Assembly: GCA_002011495.1 (NCBI GenBank)
Contig: MTNR01000061.1
Coordinates: 2,131-66,130, forward strand
From: Dehalococcoides sp. JdFR-56
GTDB taxonomy: Bacteria > Chloroflexota > Dehalococcoidia > Dehalococcoidales > RBG-16-60-22
Length of the DNA stretch: 64,000 nt
Direction: 5' to 3'
Positions 42,983-52,073 of this stretch are shown here, piece after piece. Under the pieces are notes generated by a model. That model made no database searches. It had not been told where the DNA came from and worked only from the letters and a program-made list of their open reading frames with translations. Position numbers and translations under genes: made by a program. The number at the start of each line of letters is the position of its first letter. Within the stretch, counting starts at the first letter, position 1.

Positions 42983-44452
42983 CTAATACATTTTTTGATT
43001 TATCTCCCTCTCTTTTTTGGGGGTGTAGCTCAGGGGCAGGCCTTCTTTGCGCCGGTAGAAGTAGTAAATCACCAGCCCGCCAATCATCCAGGCCAGGCCC
43101 ACCCAGCGGCTGTAGGGCTGGCTGATGAGGATGATGACCCATATCAGGGCGAGCACGCTTATGCCCAGGATGGCGGTCAGTGGGAGCTCACGTCCTTTAA
43201 ACCTTATATTCCAGCCAAGCTTGAAGGGGCGGGGGAGATCCGGCCGCTTCAGCCGCAGGCTGATGATGGAGGCGTGAGCGAACATGAAGGCGAGCAGAGA
43301 CCCCACGGCGTAGAGCGCCCCCAGGTTCTTGAAGACATCGGCGGCGAAAAAGCCGGGAACCAGGATGAGGATGGCCACGATGCTGAACAGGACTATGGCG
43401 ATGTAGGGTGTCTTGAACCGGGGGTGTATCCGGCTTAAGGCCGGCGGTATCAGCTTGTGGTTTCCTAAGGAGAAGGCGAGTCTGGAGATGCCGATCAGCC
43501 CGGCATTGGTGGCAATGAGCAGGATGGTGCCCGCCAGTATGGCGATGAGAGGCTTTAACACCTCGCGCAATAGTGGCAGGGGAAGGTTGGCGGCGATGCC
43601 CGCTACCGGGTCACGTGACCATTCCGAAGCCAGCTCCTGGGGGGACATGGCGGATAGTGAGACCAGGGATATACCGGCAAAGATGGTCAAAACGGCCACG
43701 ATCATCATCACCAGCGCCCTGGGGACCCTTTTCTCTGGCTGCCTAGTCTCCTCCGCCATCTGGGACATGGTTTCAATCCCGGTATAGGCGATGGCGGCCA
43801 GAGCAATGCCGATAATCAGGTTCTCTGGCGCTGGCCAGTTATCAAAAATGCGGTGAATCAGAAGCGTCGGGTCAAAGAGGAGGATAAAGCCGATGACCAC
43901 CAGCGAGACTTGCGTGGCCAGGTCCAGCACCGCGGCGCTGATATTAACAAAGGAGGTCTCCTTGATGCCGATGACGTTGATCACCATGAGGAAGACAACG
44001 ATGGCTATTGAGGCTATGGTGCCAACGACTGGTGAGGTCTTGAACGGCTCCCAGAAAAAGCCCAGGTAGGGAGGAATGGTGAAGGCGGAGATGGAGATGG
44101 TGACGATGTAGCTCAGCATCAGCGCCCAGCCGGCGGCAAAGCCGGCCAGGTCATCAAAGGCGTGGCGGGCGAAGCTGGCGGAGCCGCCGGCCTCTGGGAA
44201 CATGGCGGTGCCTTCGGCGTAGGTGAGCGCGGTGAAGATGAAGAGGATGCCAGCGATCCCCAGCGCCACCGGCGTGGCCCCCAGCGCCACTAGGGCGACG
44301 ATGCCCAGGGCGTAGTAGATAGACGAGCCAACGTTGCCGTAGCCAGCACTGAATACCGCGGGGACTCCGAGTACTCGTCTTAAGCGGAATTGCTTGATCC
44401 TTCGGGGGCGAAAGATCCTGTCACCGGGTTTGGGTTGCCACCTAATTTGCAT
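42983..44452 (-). CDS. APC-superfamily amino acid/polyamine permease
   Basis: 489 aa with about 12 TM segments. N-terminal FSAGYGNVGSSIYYALG is typical of APC family members. Confidence 0.8.
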   Translation of the reverse strand: MQIRWQPKPGDRIFRPRRIKQFRLRRVLGVPAVFSAGYGNVGSSIYYALGIVALVALGATPVALGIAGILFIFTALTYAEGTAMFPEAGGSASFARHAFDDLAGFAAGWALMLSYIVTISISAFTIPPYLGFFWEPFKTSPVVGTIASIAIVVFLMVINVIGIKETSFVNISAAVLDLATQVSLVVIGFILLFDPTLLIHRIFDNWPAPENLIIGIALAAIAYTGIETMSQMAEETRQPEKRVPRALVMMIVAVLTIFAGISLVSLSAMSPQELASEWSRDPVAGIAANLPLPLLREVLKPLIAILAGTILLIATNAGLIGISRLAFSLGNHKLIPPALSRIHPRFKTPYIAIVLFSIVAILILVPGFFAADVFKNLGALYAVGSLLAFMFAHASIISLRLKRPDLPRPFKLGWNIRFKGRELPLTAILGISVLALIWVIILISQPYSRWVGLAWMIGGLVIYYFYRRKEGLPLSYTPKKEREINQKMY

Positions 44453-44491
44453 ATTGTGATTTATTTACCTTCTATCAAAGCGCAATCAAGT

Positions 44492-44520
44492 ATTTTAGGC
44501 CTCTTTTGCCTGGCTGTCAA
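44492..44520 (-). promoter_or_regulatory. sigma70-type promoter candidate for the APC permease operon
   Basis: On the minus strand: TTGACA (44520..44515), 17-nt spacer, TAAAAT (44497..44492). About 40 nt upstream of the ATG at 44452. Confidence 0.6.
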
Positions 44521-44546
44521 CTACTAAATTTTAATGGCCATCTATA

Positions 44547-44575
44547 TTGACAAATGACACATTATCATCTATAAT
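44547..44575 (+). promoter_or_regulatory. consensus sigma70 promoter for the small HTH gene
   Basis: TTGACA (44547..44552), 17-nt spacer, TATAAT (44570..44575). 32 nt upstream of the ATG at 44608. Confidence 0.7.
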
Positions 44576-44607
44576 ATGGGACAACTGTCATCACAGGTGA
44601 TGGGCCT

Positions 44608-44901
44608 ATGATTATCAGGACTAGGATCTTTGACCTGTGTGATGGGAGTTACCGCAATCTGTCTGAACTAGCCCGGGCCATGGGCTTATCGGTGAGCCAG
44701 GTTTACCGGGTGCGTGAGGGCAAGCGCGGCATCAATCAGAAATTCATCATCGGGGCAAAGCGGGCCTTCCCCAATTATCGGCTCGATGAGCTCTTTTACC
44801 TGGATGAAGAGATAGCTGGTCATAAAATGGGGACAGATGTCACCAACCGCTATCAATATATCGTGCAGCAATACACTGGCTCAAATTTGCCCGCGCAGTG
44901 A
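44608..44901 (+). CDS. small HTH DNA-binding protein (XRE-like)
   Basis: 97 aa. NLSELARAMGLSVSQVYRVREGKRGI fits a helix-turn-helix. The RBS AGGTGA lies 7 nt upstream. Confidence 0.6.
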   Translation: MIIRTRIFDLCDGSYRNLSELARAMGLSVSQVYRVREGKRGINQKFIIGAKRAFPNYRLDELFYLDEEIAGHKMGTDVTNRYQYIVQQYTGSNLPAQ

Positions 44902-44911
44902 GGCAGCAGCT

Positions 44912-45406
44912 TTAAGGCTGGGTCGGCTCAGGCTCAGCTTCAACTTTGCGTAGCTGGTCTAAGCTTTCCAGATGGTCAAGGTAGAGGGTTCCGTTGAGGT
45001 GGTCTATCTCATGCTCTAGGGCCTGTGCCAGCAGCCCGTCTGCCTTGATGCGTATCTCCTTCCCATTTTGGTCCCGCCCTTTGACGGTAACTGACTCGGC
45101 GCGCTTGATCTGGCCAACATAGCCGGGGACGCTGAGGCAACCCTCATCAACCAGGCGTTCGCCTCTGCGGCGCACAATCTCCGGATTGATGATGACCAGG
45201 TCTTCCTCCTCGGGTAGCCCGATGACGATCACCCGCAGAGGAACGCCCACCTGAGGGGCGGCCAATCCTACCCGCCCCGGTTCGGCGTGCATCGTCTCCA
45301 GCATGTCTCGTATTAGCTTCCTGATGGAGCCATCAACCGTGCCGACCCGTTTTGCCTTTTGCTTTAAGACTGGGTCAGGAAAGGTGCGAATGGGAAGGAC
45401 TGCCAT
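44912..45406 (-). CDS. def: peptide deformylase
   Basis: GLAAPQVG, EGCLS and HEIDHLNG supply the three deformylase motifs. Confidence 0.95.
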   Translation of the reverse strand: MAVLPIRTFPDPVLKQKAKRVGTVDGSIRKLIRDMLETMHAEPGRVGLAAPQVGVPLRVIVIGLPEEEDLVIINPEIVRRRGERLVDEGCLSVPGYVGQIKRAESVTVKGRDQNGKEIRIKADGLLAQALEHEIDHLNGTLYLDHLESLDQLRKVEAEPEPTQP

Positions 45407-45495
45407 ACACTATCACCACCTCTAGCCGGTCAAGCTAAGTTTTTTAAAAGTATCAGCTTGGGAATGGTTCAGGCTGTAATTCGTTTTAAAGTTTA

Positions 45496-47943
45496 CTAAA
45501 GCAGACTCACCGGGTCAATGTCTATCGCCCAGCCCTGGGGGAAGGGGATAGGGGCGAGGAACTTGCTGAGCTCGGTGCCGCGGAGGATGAGCTGCCAGCG
45601 GAATCTGCCGCGCCGCCGGTGGATGAAGGCTGGGGCTGGGCCAATTATGCTCAAGTTAGCCATGCCCTTGGCGTCTCTTTCCGCGGCGAGCTGGCGCTTC
45701 ATTCTCTCCGCCTCCCGTTGGCAGAGGGCGTCACTGGTATGGCTATAGATAAGCAGCGCCAGCTGGCTGAAGGGGGGAAGGCGCAGCTGGCGCCGGTAGT
45801 CAATTTCCTTATTATAGAAGGAGGCGTAATCGTGTTTGGCCGCTGCCTGGATGACATAATGTTCCGGAGAGAAGGTCTGGATGATGACCTCTCCGCCCAG
45901 GGGGCCGCGCCCGGCTCTCCCCGCCACCTGGCTTAGGAGCTGGAAGGTCCTCTCTCCGGCGCGGAAGTCGGGCAGGTTAAGGCTGGTGTCTGCGCTGACC
46001 ACTCCCACTAGGGTGACCTGGGGTAAATCCAGCCCCTTGGCCACCATCTGCGTGCCGATGAGGATATCAGCCTGGCGGGCGCGGAACTTGTTTAAGATTT
46101 GTTGATGGGATTTGGGGTGCTTGGTGACATCGCTATCCCAGCGCAGCAGCCTGGCCTGGGGCAAAAGAAAACCTGCTTCCTGCTCCAGCCTCTGGGTGCC
46201 GAGGCCCAGGAATTTTATCCAGCGGCTTGAGCACTGTGGGCAAATCTGGGGCACCGGCGCTTGGTAGTTACACTGGTGGCAGACCAGGGCGTTTTCGGTG
46301 GGGTGGTGGGTGAGAGTGACCTCGCAGCGCCGGCAGCGCAGCACAAAACCACAGCGCCGACACTGGACAAAGGTGGCGCCGCCCCTGCGGTTGAGGAATA
46401 GAATCACCTGCTCCTCGCTGGCCACTGCCTCGGTGATGGCTTGAGCTAAGGAGCGGCTGAAGATGCTCCGGTTACCGGCTTTGAGCTCCTCCCTTAAGTC
46501 CACCACCTCCACCTCGGGCAGGGGAGAGTTCTGCGCGGGGACAACCCGCTCCGGAAGCTGGAGCAGTTGATACCATCCATTCTGGGCGCGGTGGAAGGTC
46601 TCCACGTCTGGGGTAGCGCTGCCCAGGACAACCACCGCCCCAGTTAGCTCCGCCAGTTTCAGAGCCACATCACGGGCGTGGTAGCGGGGTGATTTATCCT
46701 GTTGCTTATAGGTCCATTCGTGCTCCTCATCGATGACGATGAGCCCGAGCTCAGGCTGGGGGGCAAAGAGGGCGCTCCTGGGGCCGATGACCACATCAAA
46801 TTCCCCCCGCTTAATTCTCCACCACTCATCAAACTGCTCCCCCGGCGAGAGTTGGCTGTGCAATACGGCCACTCTGCCGGGAAAGCGCGCCGCGAACCGC
46901 TCTATCGTCTGCGGGGTGAGGGCGATTTCCGGGACCAGGATGATGCCTCGCTTGCCCAGCTTTATCGCCTCGGCTAAGGCTTGCAGGTAAACCTCGGTCT
47001 TGCCGCTGCCGGTAACGCCATGGAGCAGGAAGACGCTTGGCTTTGCCTTTGCCCCATGCAGGGCATCCCGGATGGAGCTGAGGGCTGCTTCTTGGGCCGC
47101 GGTCAGCTTGAGCGCCGGGGATGGGGTGGCGGCCTTGTGAGGAATCGGCTCACGTTTGACCTCAATCTGCTCAAGCGTGATGAGCCCCTTGCTCACTAGC
47201 GTCTTGAGCACTGAGCTATCGGCGTTGGTCTGCTGCCTTGCCTCCGGCCAGGGCGCTGGCTCAGCCATCTGCGCCAGGAAGTCAAGAAGAGCCGCCTGCT
47301 TATAAGCTCTTTTCTTGCGCAGCTCGGCAGCCACTTCTCGAGCCTGGCTGGGAGGGAGTTTCAGCCGCAAGTAGGGCACCCTTTTCGGGCCGACCTTGGC
47401 TGGCTCCAGCTCGTAGCTTCGCGTAGCCAGGCCCCGCCCCACCAGCTGGGAGACGATGGCCTGGGCTTTCCTCTGGCCCACTTTCTTTTCCAGCTCCTTC
47501 AAGCTGGTGCGGCCTTGTTTTTGGAGTAGCTCTAGTATTTGGTGCTGCGCTGGGGTAAGGGAAGCAAGAATGCGAGCATCCGGGTTTGGCACAGGTGAGA
47601 TAAAGGTGAGCGTCCTCCGCTCGAACCCCGGGGGCAGCATCAAAGCTACGGCGTCGAAGAGCGGTGAGAGGTAGTGCTCGCTTATCCAGCGCGCCAGCAT
47701 CACCTGCTCTGGGGATAGTAGCGGGCGCGGCTCGATAACGCCGATTATCTCCCGGGTTTCCTCGACGGCCGGGCTGGGGCTCAAGGCTAAAACGATGCCC
47801 TGGAGTATTTTTTCGCCAAAGGGGACCCATACCGCCTGCCCCACCTCAAGGTTCAAGCCGGCGGGTATGGCGTAGCTGAAGCTCCGGCGCTGGGCTACTG
47901 GCGAATTGACACTGACCTCAGCGTATCTCATCCTAGGCTCCAT
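45496..47943 (-). CDS. priA: primosomal replication restart helicase PriA
   Basis: Walker A GVTGSGKTEVY, DEEH box, and the Cys-rich zinc region CRRCGFVLRCRRCEVTLTHH...LVCHQCNYQ..PQICPQCSS. The start is uncertain (M1 or M5). Confidence 0.95.
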   Translation of the reverse strand: MEPRMRYAEVSVNSPVAQRRSFSYAIPAGLNLEVGQAVWVPFGEKILQGIVLALSPSPAVEETREIIGVIEPRPLLSPEQVMLARWISEHYLSPLFDAVALMLPPGFERRTLTFISPVPNPDARILASLTPAQHQILELLQKQGRTSLKELEKKVGQRKAQAIVSQLVGRGLATRSYELEPAKVGPKRVPYLRLKLPPSQAREVAAELRKKRAYKQAALLDFLAQMAEPAPWPEARQQTNADSSVLKTLVSKGLITLEQIEVKREPIPHKAATPSPALKLTAAQEAALSSIRDALHGAKAKPSVFLLHGVTGSGKTEVYLQALAEAIKLGKRGIILVPEIALTPQTIERFAARFPGRVAVLHSQLSPGEQFDEWWRIKRGEFDVVIGPRSALFAPQPELGLIVIDEEHEWTYKQQDKSPRYHARDVALKLAELTGAVVVLGSATPDVETFHRAQNGWYQLLQLPERVVPAQNSPLPEVEVVDLREELKAGNRSIFSRSLAQAITEAVASEEQVILFLNRRGGATFVQCRRCGFVLRCRRCEVTLTHHPTENALVCHQCNYQAPVPQICPQCSSRWIKFLGLGTQRLEQEAGFLLPQARLLRWDSDVTKHPKSHQQILNKFRARQADILIGTQMVAKGLDLPQVTLVGVVSADTSLNLPDFRAGERTFQLLSQVAGRAGRGPLGGEVIIQTFSPEHYVIQAAAKHDYASFYNKEIDYRRQLRLPPFSQLALLIYSHTSDALCQREAERMKRQLAAERDAKGMANLSIIGPAPAFIHRRRGRFRWQLILRGTELSKFLAPIPFPQGWAIDIDPVSLL

Positions 47944-48001
47944 TTCGCCCAGCGCTACGAGAGAAGGTTGCTATTACGGCCTTGGCCGGAGTGGCGCGCG
48001 A

Positions 48002-48637
48002 TTATTCTGCTTTGTTCTTTGGCGCTTCCTCAGGCGGTGCTTCCTCAGACGGTGCAGCTTCTTCCGGAGCTTGTTCCCCTTGGGCCTGCACCGGTTCTGG
48101 CTGTGGAGCTTGCTCCTCCTCGGCCTGCGCTTCCTCTGGTGCTTCTTGAGCCTCTACCGGCTCCGCTGCCTCTGGAGCTTGCGCTTCCTGAACTTGCGCC
48201 GCCTCCGGCGCTTCCTGAACCAGCTCTTCCTGAGCTTCTACTGGCTCTGGTTCGGGCTCGGGCTCAAGCTCAACTTGGGCCAGTTTCTTTTCCCTGTCAA
48301 CGCGCCGCTCTTTAATGCGGGCTGCCTTGCCACTGCGCCCTCGCAGGTAGTAAAGCCTGGCCCGGCGGACTTTGCCGTGCCGGATTACCTCTACCTTCTC
48401 TATCCGTGGCGAATACAGGGGGAAGGTGCGCTCCACGCCGACGCCATAGGCGATGCGCCTCACGGTGAAGCTGGCGCCAACTCCGCCACGCCGCACTTTG
48501 ATTACCACCCCTTGAAAGGGCTGAATGCGCTCCTTACCGCCCTCAACGACCCTGATGCTGACCCTTACCGTGTCACCGGGGGCAAGCTCAGGGATTTTGG
48601 GATTTGGTTTGGCCAGTGTTAGAGATTCCATAGTCAT
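48002..48637 (-). CDS. rplS: 50S ribosomal protein L19 with a ~90-aa acidic C-terminal extension
   Basis: The core (aa 1-~115) reads [26 protein letters not shown]...[43 protein letters not shown]. The tail (aa ~121-211) is E/A/P/Q-rich. Confidence 0.9.
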   Translation of the reverse strand: MTMESLTLAKPNPKIPELAPGDTVRVSIRVVEGGKERIQPFQGVVIKVRRGGVGASFTVRRIAYGVGVERTFPLYSPRIEKVEVIRHGKVRRARLYYLRGRSGKAARIKERRVDREKKLAQVELEPEPEPEPVEAQEELVQEAPEAAQVQEAQAPEAAEPVEAQEAPEEAQAEEEQAPQPEPVQAQGEQAPEEAAPSEEAPPEEAPKNKAE

Positions 48638-49407
48638 TCTCCAGACTCCTTATCCAGATTAGGCTCTCTCTTCAGACGCTCAACTAGCTGTCTTTCTTCT
48701 AAGCACAGATTGGTCTTCTTGAGCAGGTCCGGGCGGCGCTCCAGAGTGCGCCGGATGACCTGCTCCCGGCGCCACTTGGCGATCTGGGCGTGGTTGCCGG
48801 AAAGCAGAACCTCCGGCACTGCCCAGCCCCGATATTCCGCGGGGCGGGTGTACTGTGGGTACTCCAAGAGTCCGCTTACGTGGGAATCATCCCGCGGTGA
48901 CTCCTCCGAGCCCAGGACCCCAGGTAGTAACCTGACCACGGCATCTATTACCACTAGGGCGGGAAGTTCCCCGCCAGTGAGCACGTAATCACCGATGCTG
49001 ATCTCATCGGTGACCAGGTACTCCCGCACCCGCTCGTCAACGCCTTCATAGTGACCGCAGAGCAGGATGAGATGGCTCTGTTTGGCCAGCTCCTGCGCCA
49101 TTTGCTGGGAGAAGAGACGCCCCTGGGGGGTGAGCAGGATAACTGGGGGCTCGCTGACCTTGTCCTTGGCCAGGATGTCTGCCTTTATCGCCTCCACCGC
49201 CTCAAAGATAGGCTCGGGCTTGAGCACCATGCCCGGGCCACCACCGTAAGGGTAGTCATCCACGGTTTTGTGCTTGTCATGGGCGTAGTCCCTGATGTTA
49301 TGTATCTTGATGCTCACTAGCCCCCGGTCAATCGCCCGTTTGAAGATGCCGAAGCTGAAAGGGGCTTCAAACAGCTGGGGGAATAGTGTCAGTACGTCAA
49401 TGCGCAT
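48634..49407 (-). CDS. trmD: tRNA (guanine37-N1)-methyltransferase
   Basis: [14 protein letters not shown]..., [45 protein letters not shown]. Confidence 0.95.
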   Translation of the reverse strand: MRIDVLTLFPQLFEAPFSFGIFKRAIDRGLVSIKIHNIRDYAHDKHKTVDDYPYGGGPGMVLKPEPIFEAVEAIKADILAKDKVSEPPVILLTPQGRLFSQQMAQELAKQSHLILLCGHYEGVDERVREYLVTDEISIGDYVLTGGELPALVVIDAVVRLLPGVLGSEESPRDDSHVSGLLEYPQYTRPAEYRGWAVPEVLLSGNHAQIAKWRREQVIRRTLERRPDLLKKTNLCLEERQLVERLKREPNLDKESGE

Positions 49408-49429
49408 GGCTCGTCCTCTGCCACCCTCC

Positions 49430-49915
49430 TTAACTGTGTTCGGTTACCTCCCCCTTGATGATCTCCACGGCGTGGGGAATGGCGGGCAGTATCACCTCAA
49501 GGCATTCCCTCACCGCCCTGGGGCTGCCGGGCAGGTTGACGATCAAACACTCTCGCCTCACCCCAGCGGTGGCGCGGCTGAGCATGGCCATCGGTGTTTG
49601 AGCAAGAGTTTTGGCCCTCATCGCCTCCGGGAGGCCGGGCACCACCTTGTCCACGATGGCCAAGGTGGCCTCTGGAGTGACGTCACGCTGGCTGAGCCCG
49701 GTGCCTCCGGTGGTGATGATAACGTCCACATCGCCTCTGTCAGCCCACTCCATCAGCCGGCGGCTGATGATGTCAATCTCATCCGGGACAATCTCATACT
49801 TGGCGACCTGACTCTCCAGAGAGGAAAAGCTCTCCCTGATCACCTGGCCGCTCTCATCTGAGCGCTGCCCTTGGGCTCCTTTATCGCTGATGGTGAGTAT
49901 GCCTATCTTGAGCAT
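49430..49915 (-). CDS. mog: molybdenum cofactor biosynthesis protein (MogA/MoaB family)
   Basis: [34 protein letters not shown]. The start was moved to ATG at 49915 (MLKIGILT). The 35-codon upstream extension is unsupported. Confidence 0.85.
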   Translation of the reverse strand: MLKIGILTISDKGAQGQRSDESGQVIRESFSSLESQVAKYEIVPDEIDIISRRLMEWADRGDVDVIITTGGTGLSQRDVTPEATLAIVDKVVPGLPEAMRAKTLAQTPMAMLSRATAGVRRECLIVNLPGSPRAVRECLEVILPAIPHAVEIIKGEVTEHS

Positions 49916-50144
49916 GATACCGGCGCTCTCAAGATTTCGCTCAAAATCCCCCTTTTTGTCCTTCTCTCTTGGGAAGAGGGAACTCTTTAAGGGGTAAGAT
50001 AAGCCCCTTGCCCACTCCATCCTCTACCTTGAAGGGGAGGGGAGAGAGCACACTTCAAAGCGAATTTATTTTACCACAAATGGAGAAGAGATGGCAAAGT
50101 AGAGGTGAATTTCAAAAATTTTTGGCAAATTGCTGGCAAAGGTA

Positions 50145-50173
50145 TTGACAAAAGGGGATACCCGTGTTATAAA
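50145..50173 (+). promoter_or_regulatory. sigma70-type promoter of the mraZ operon
   Basis: TTGACA (50145..50150), 17-nt spacer, TATAAA (50168..50173). Confidence 0.65.
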
Positions 50174-50174
50174 T

Positions 50175-50208
50175 GGTGGAAAGTGGTAGATAGTGGTAAA
50201 TAGTGGTA
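50175..50208 (+). promoter_or_regulatory. candidate MraZ operator: direct GTGG repeats between the -10 box and mraZ
   Basis: AGTGGTA occurs at 50182..50188, 50192..50198 and 50202..50208 (exact 10-nt period). A degenerate GGTGGAA lies at 50175..50181. This resembles the GTGG-type direct repeats with ~10-nt periodicity known to be bound by MraZ upstream of its own operon. Confidence 0.65.
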
Positions 50209-50229
50209 GAATGGCCCAAGGCGTAAGCG

Positions 50230-50655
50230 ATGTTTTTTGGTGAATATAGCTACAAAATTGATGAGAAGGGCAGGGTACCCATTCCGCCCCGCTTCAGGAA
50301 AGAGCTGAAGGATGGCGTGGTCCTCTCACCGGGGGCGGAGAAGTGCATCAACGTCTACTCCCTGTCCGAATGGAAGAAGCTGGCGGCCTCGCTCACCAGT
50401 GGCCCGCTTACGCCCAACAAGCTGAGAAGGCTAAACCGGGCGATCTTTGCCACCGCCTTCAACGTCAACCTTGACGGGCAGGGTAGGATTGCCCTCCCGG
50501 TACCGCTGCGCGAATATGCTGAGATCGTGGAAGACGTAGTCATTGCCGGAGCCAACACCTATCTTGAGATCTGGAACCAGGTACTTTGGGAGGAAGAGAA
50601 GGCTATCAGCCAACAGCAAACCTGGCAGATTATTGAGAGCTTGGAGAAACACTGA
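50230..50655 (+). CDS. mraZ: division/cell-wall cluster transcriptional regulator MraZ
   Basis: [21 protein letters not shown] and [17 protein letters not shown] form the duplicated SpoVT-AbrB/MraZ repeats. Confidence 0.95.
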   Translation: MFFGEYSYKIDEKGRVPIPPRFRKELKDGVVLSPGAEKCINVYSLSEWKKLAASLTSGPLTPNKLRRLNRAIFATAFNVNLDGQGRIALPVPLREYAEIVEDVVIAGANTYLEIWNQVLWEEEKAISQQQTWQIIESLEKH

Positions 50656-51707
50656 TGAGCCCAGGTATGCCGTCCTCTGGCCATGTTCCGGTTTTGCTTG
50701 AGGAGACGATGAGGGCGCTGGCGGTACAACCCGGGGGGCGCTACATTGATTGCACCCTGGGGGGAGGCGGACACGCCCTCGCCATTCTGGAGCGCAGCGC
50801 TCCTGGTGGGCAGCTGCTGGGCATTGACGCTGACCCTGAGGCCATAGCGGTGGCCCGAGAGAGACTGGCGCCGTATGCTGACTGCGTCCGTCTCATCAAT
50901 GACAACTTCGCTAGCCTGCAGGCTATCTGTCTTAAGTATGATTTCTTCCCGGTGCATGGCATCCTCTTTGACCTTGGGCTTTCCTCTCTTCAACTGGAGA
51001 GCGCCAGAGGTTTCAGCTTTCAGCATGATGCCCCTCTGGATATGCGGTTTGACCCGGCGCAAGAGGTCACTGCCGCCGATATCGTCAACACCTGGGCAGA
51101 GGCTGAGCTGGCTCGTCTGATAAGAGCCTACGGGGAGGAAAGCTGTAGTCAGCGCATCGCCCGGGAGATCGTGCGGGAGCGCCCGATACGCTCCACGCTT
51201 CATCTGGCGCGGGTGGTGGAGCGGGCCGTTGGCCGCAGGCGGGGCAGAATCCATCCCGCGACCAAAACCTTTCAGGCGCTGAGGATCACGGTCAACCGGG
51301 AGCTGGAGAATCTGGAGCTGGCGCTGAAGCAGGCGGTTGAGCTCCTCGGCTTTGAGGGGCGGCTGGTGGTGATCAGCTACCATTCCCTGGAGGACCGCAT
51401 CGTGAAGCAGTTCATGCAGCGGGAGGCTAGGGACTGCATCTGCCCTCCGAATACCCCTACTTGTGTCTGCGGCCATAAAGCCCAATTGAGGTTGATCAGT
51501 AGACGGGTGATTACCCCTTCGGCTGCCGAGATTGAGCGCAACCCGCGCAGTCGCAGCGCCAGGTTGAGAGCTGCCGAGCGCACCATGGTTCAGGATGACT
51601 GCTATGAAATCCCTGAGCTGGAGAACCTTTTGACCGAGGTCAAGGCCAAGGCCTGGAGAAGGCCGGCTTTGTTAAAAAAGCTGCAGATGGTCTTCACCAT
51701 GGCCTAG
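50655..51707 (+). CDS. rsmH: 16S rRNA (cytosine1402-N4)-methyltransferase RsmH with a ~40-aa C-terminal appendage
   Basis: [52 protein letters not shown] (the usual C-terminal end). The ORF then continues in frame for another 40 codons from ATG at 51585. Confidence 0.9.
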   Translation: MSPGMPSSGHVPVLLEETMRALAVQPGGRYIDCTLGGGGHALAILERSAPGGQLLGIDADPEAIAVARERLAPYADCVRLINDNFASLQAICLKYDFFPVHGILFDLGLSSLQLESARGFSFQHDAPLDMRFDPAQEVTAADIVNTWAEAELARLIRAYGEESCSQRIAREIVRERPIRSTLHLARVVERAVGRRRGRIHPATKTFQALRITVNRELENLELALKQAVELLGFEGRLVVISYHSLEDRIVKQFMQREARDCICPPNTPTCVCGHKAQLRLISRRVITPSAAEIERNPRSRSARLRAAERTMVQDDCYEIPELENLLTEVKAKAWRRPALLKKLQMVFTMA

Positions 51708-51762
51708 TCAGGCCATGGTTTTAAGAAAAGAAAGCAAAAGGAGCTTGTGAAGGAGGGGCCAG

Positions 51763-51978
51763 ATGAGAGAGCAGATTATCGGTGCTGGCAGGGCCGGAGC
51801 TGCCAGGATGGGCCTGACCCTGGCTGACCTGAGGTTGAAGGTAGCCGAGCACATCATCGCTCACGATGTTGGCCACCGGCCCGATGAGGTGTGGAGCATC
51901 CTAGCCGAGACCAAGGTTGGCGCGTGGAGGAGGCAGGCTCTGGTGGAGAAGCTGAGAATGGTCTTCTCCACGTCCTAG
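51763..51978 (+). CDS. small hypothetical protein (71 aa) at the ftsL position
   Basis: GAAGGAGGGG lies 4 nt upstream of the ATG. No hydrophobic helix. The C-terminus (KVGAWRRQALVEKLRMVFSTS) is paralogous to the RsmH appendage. Confidence 0.6.
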   Translation: MREQIIGAGRAGAARMGLTLADLRLKVAEHIIAHDVGHRPDEVWSILAETKVGAWRRQALVEKLRMVFSTS

Positions 51979-52073
51979 GTCTCTGGGTCTGATAACTTGG
52001 GCAAAGGAGGTTATGGAAATGTGAAGGATGGCCAGACTTGGGTGGCGCATAATCTCGTGAAAAGGAGGGCTAG

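Noticed and set aside
47906-48622. 238-aa plus-strand ORF (Leu/Arg/Phe/Trp-rich)
   Set aside because: It is antisense to rplS and its acidic tail. Its repetitive composition simply mirrors the GAA/GCC-rich tail codons.
50123-50140. Sigma-54-like promoter (TGGCAAATTGCT)
   Set aside because: The GG and GC dinucleotides are only 6 nt apart instead of the 10 nt required for a -24/-12 promoter. I reinterpreted it as part of a TGGCAAA direct-repeat set.
50559-51485. 308-aa minus-strand ORF
   Set aside because: It is antisense to rsmH, which has unmistakable methyltransferase motifs. The ORF itself has no motifs.
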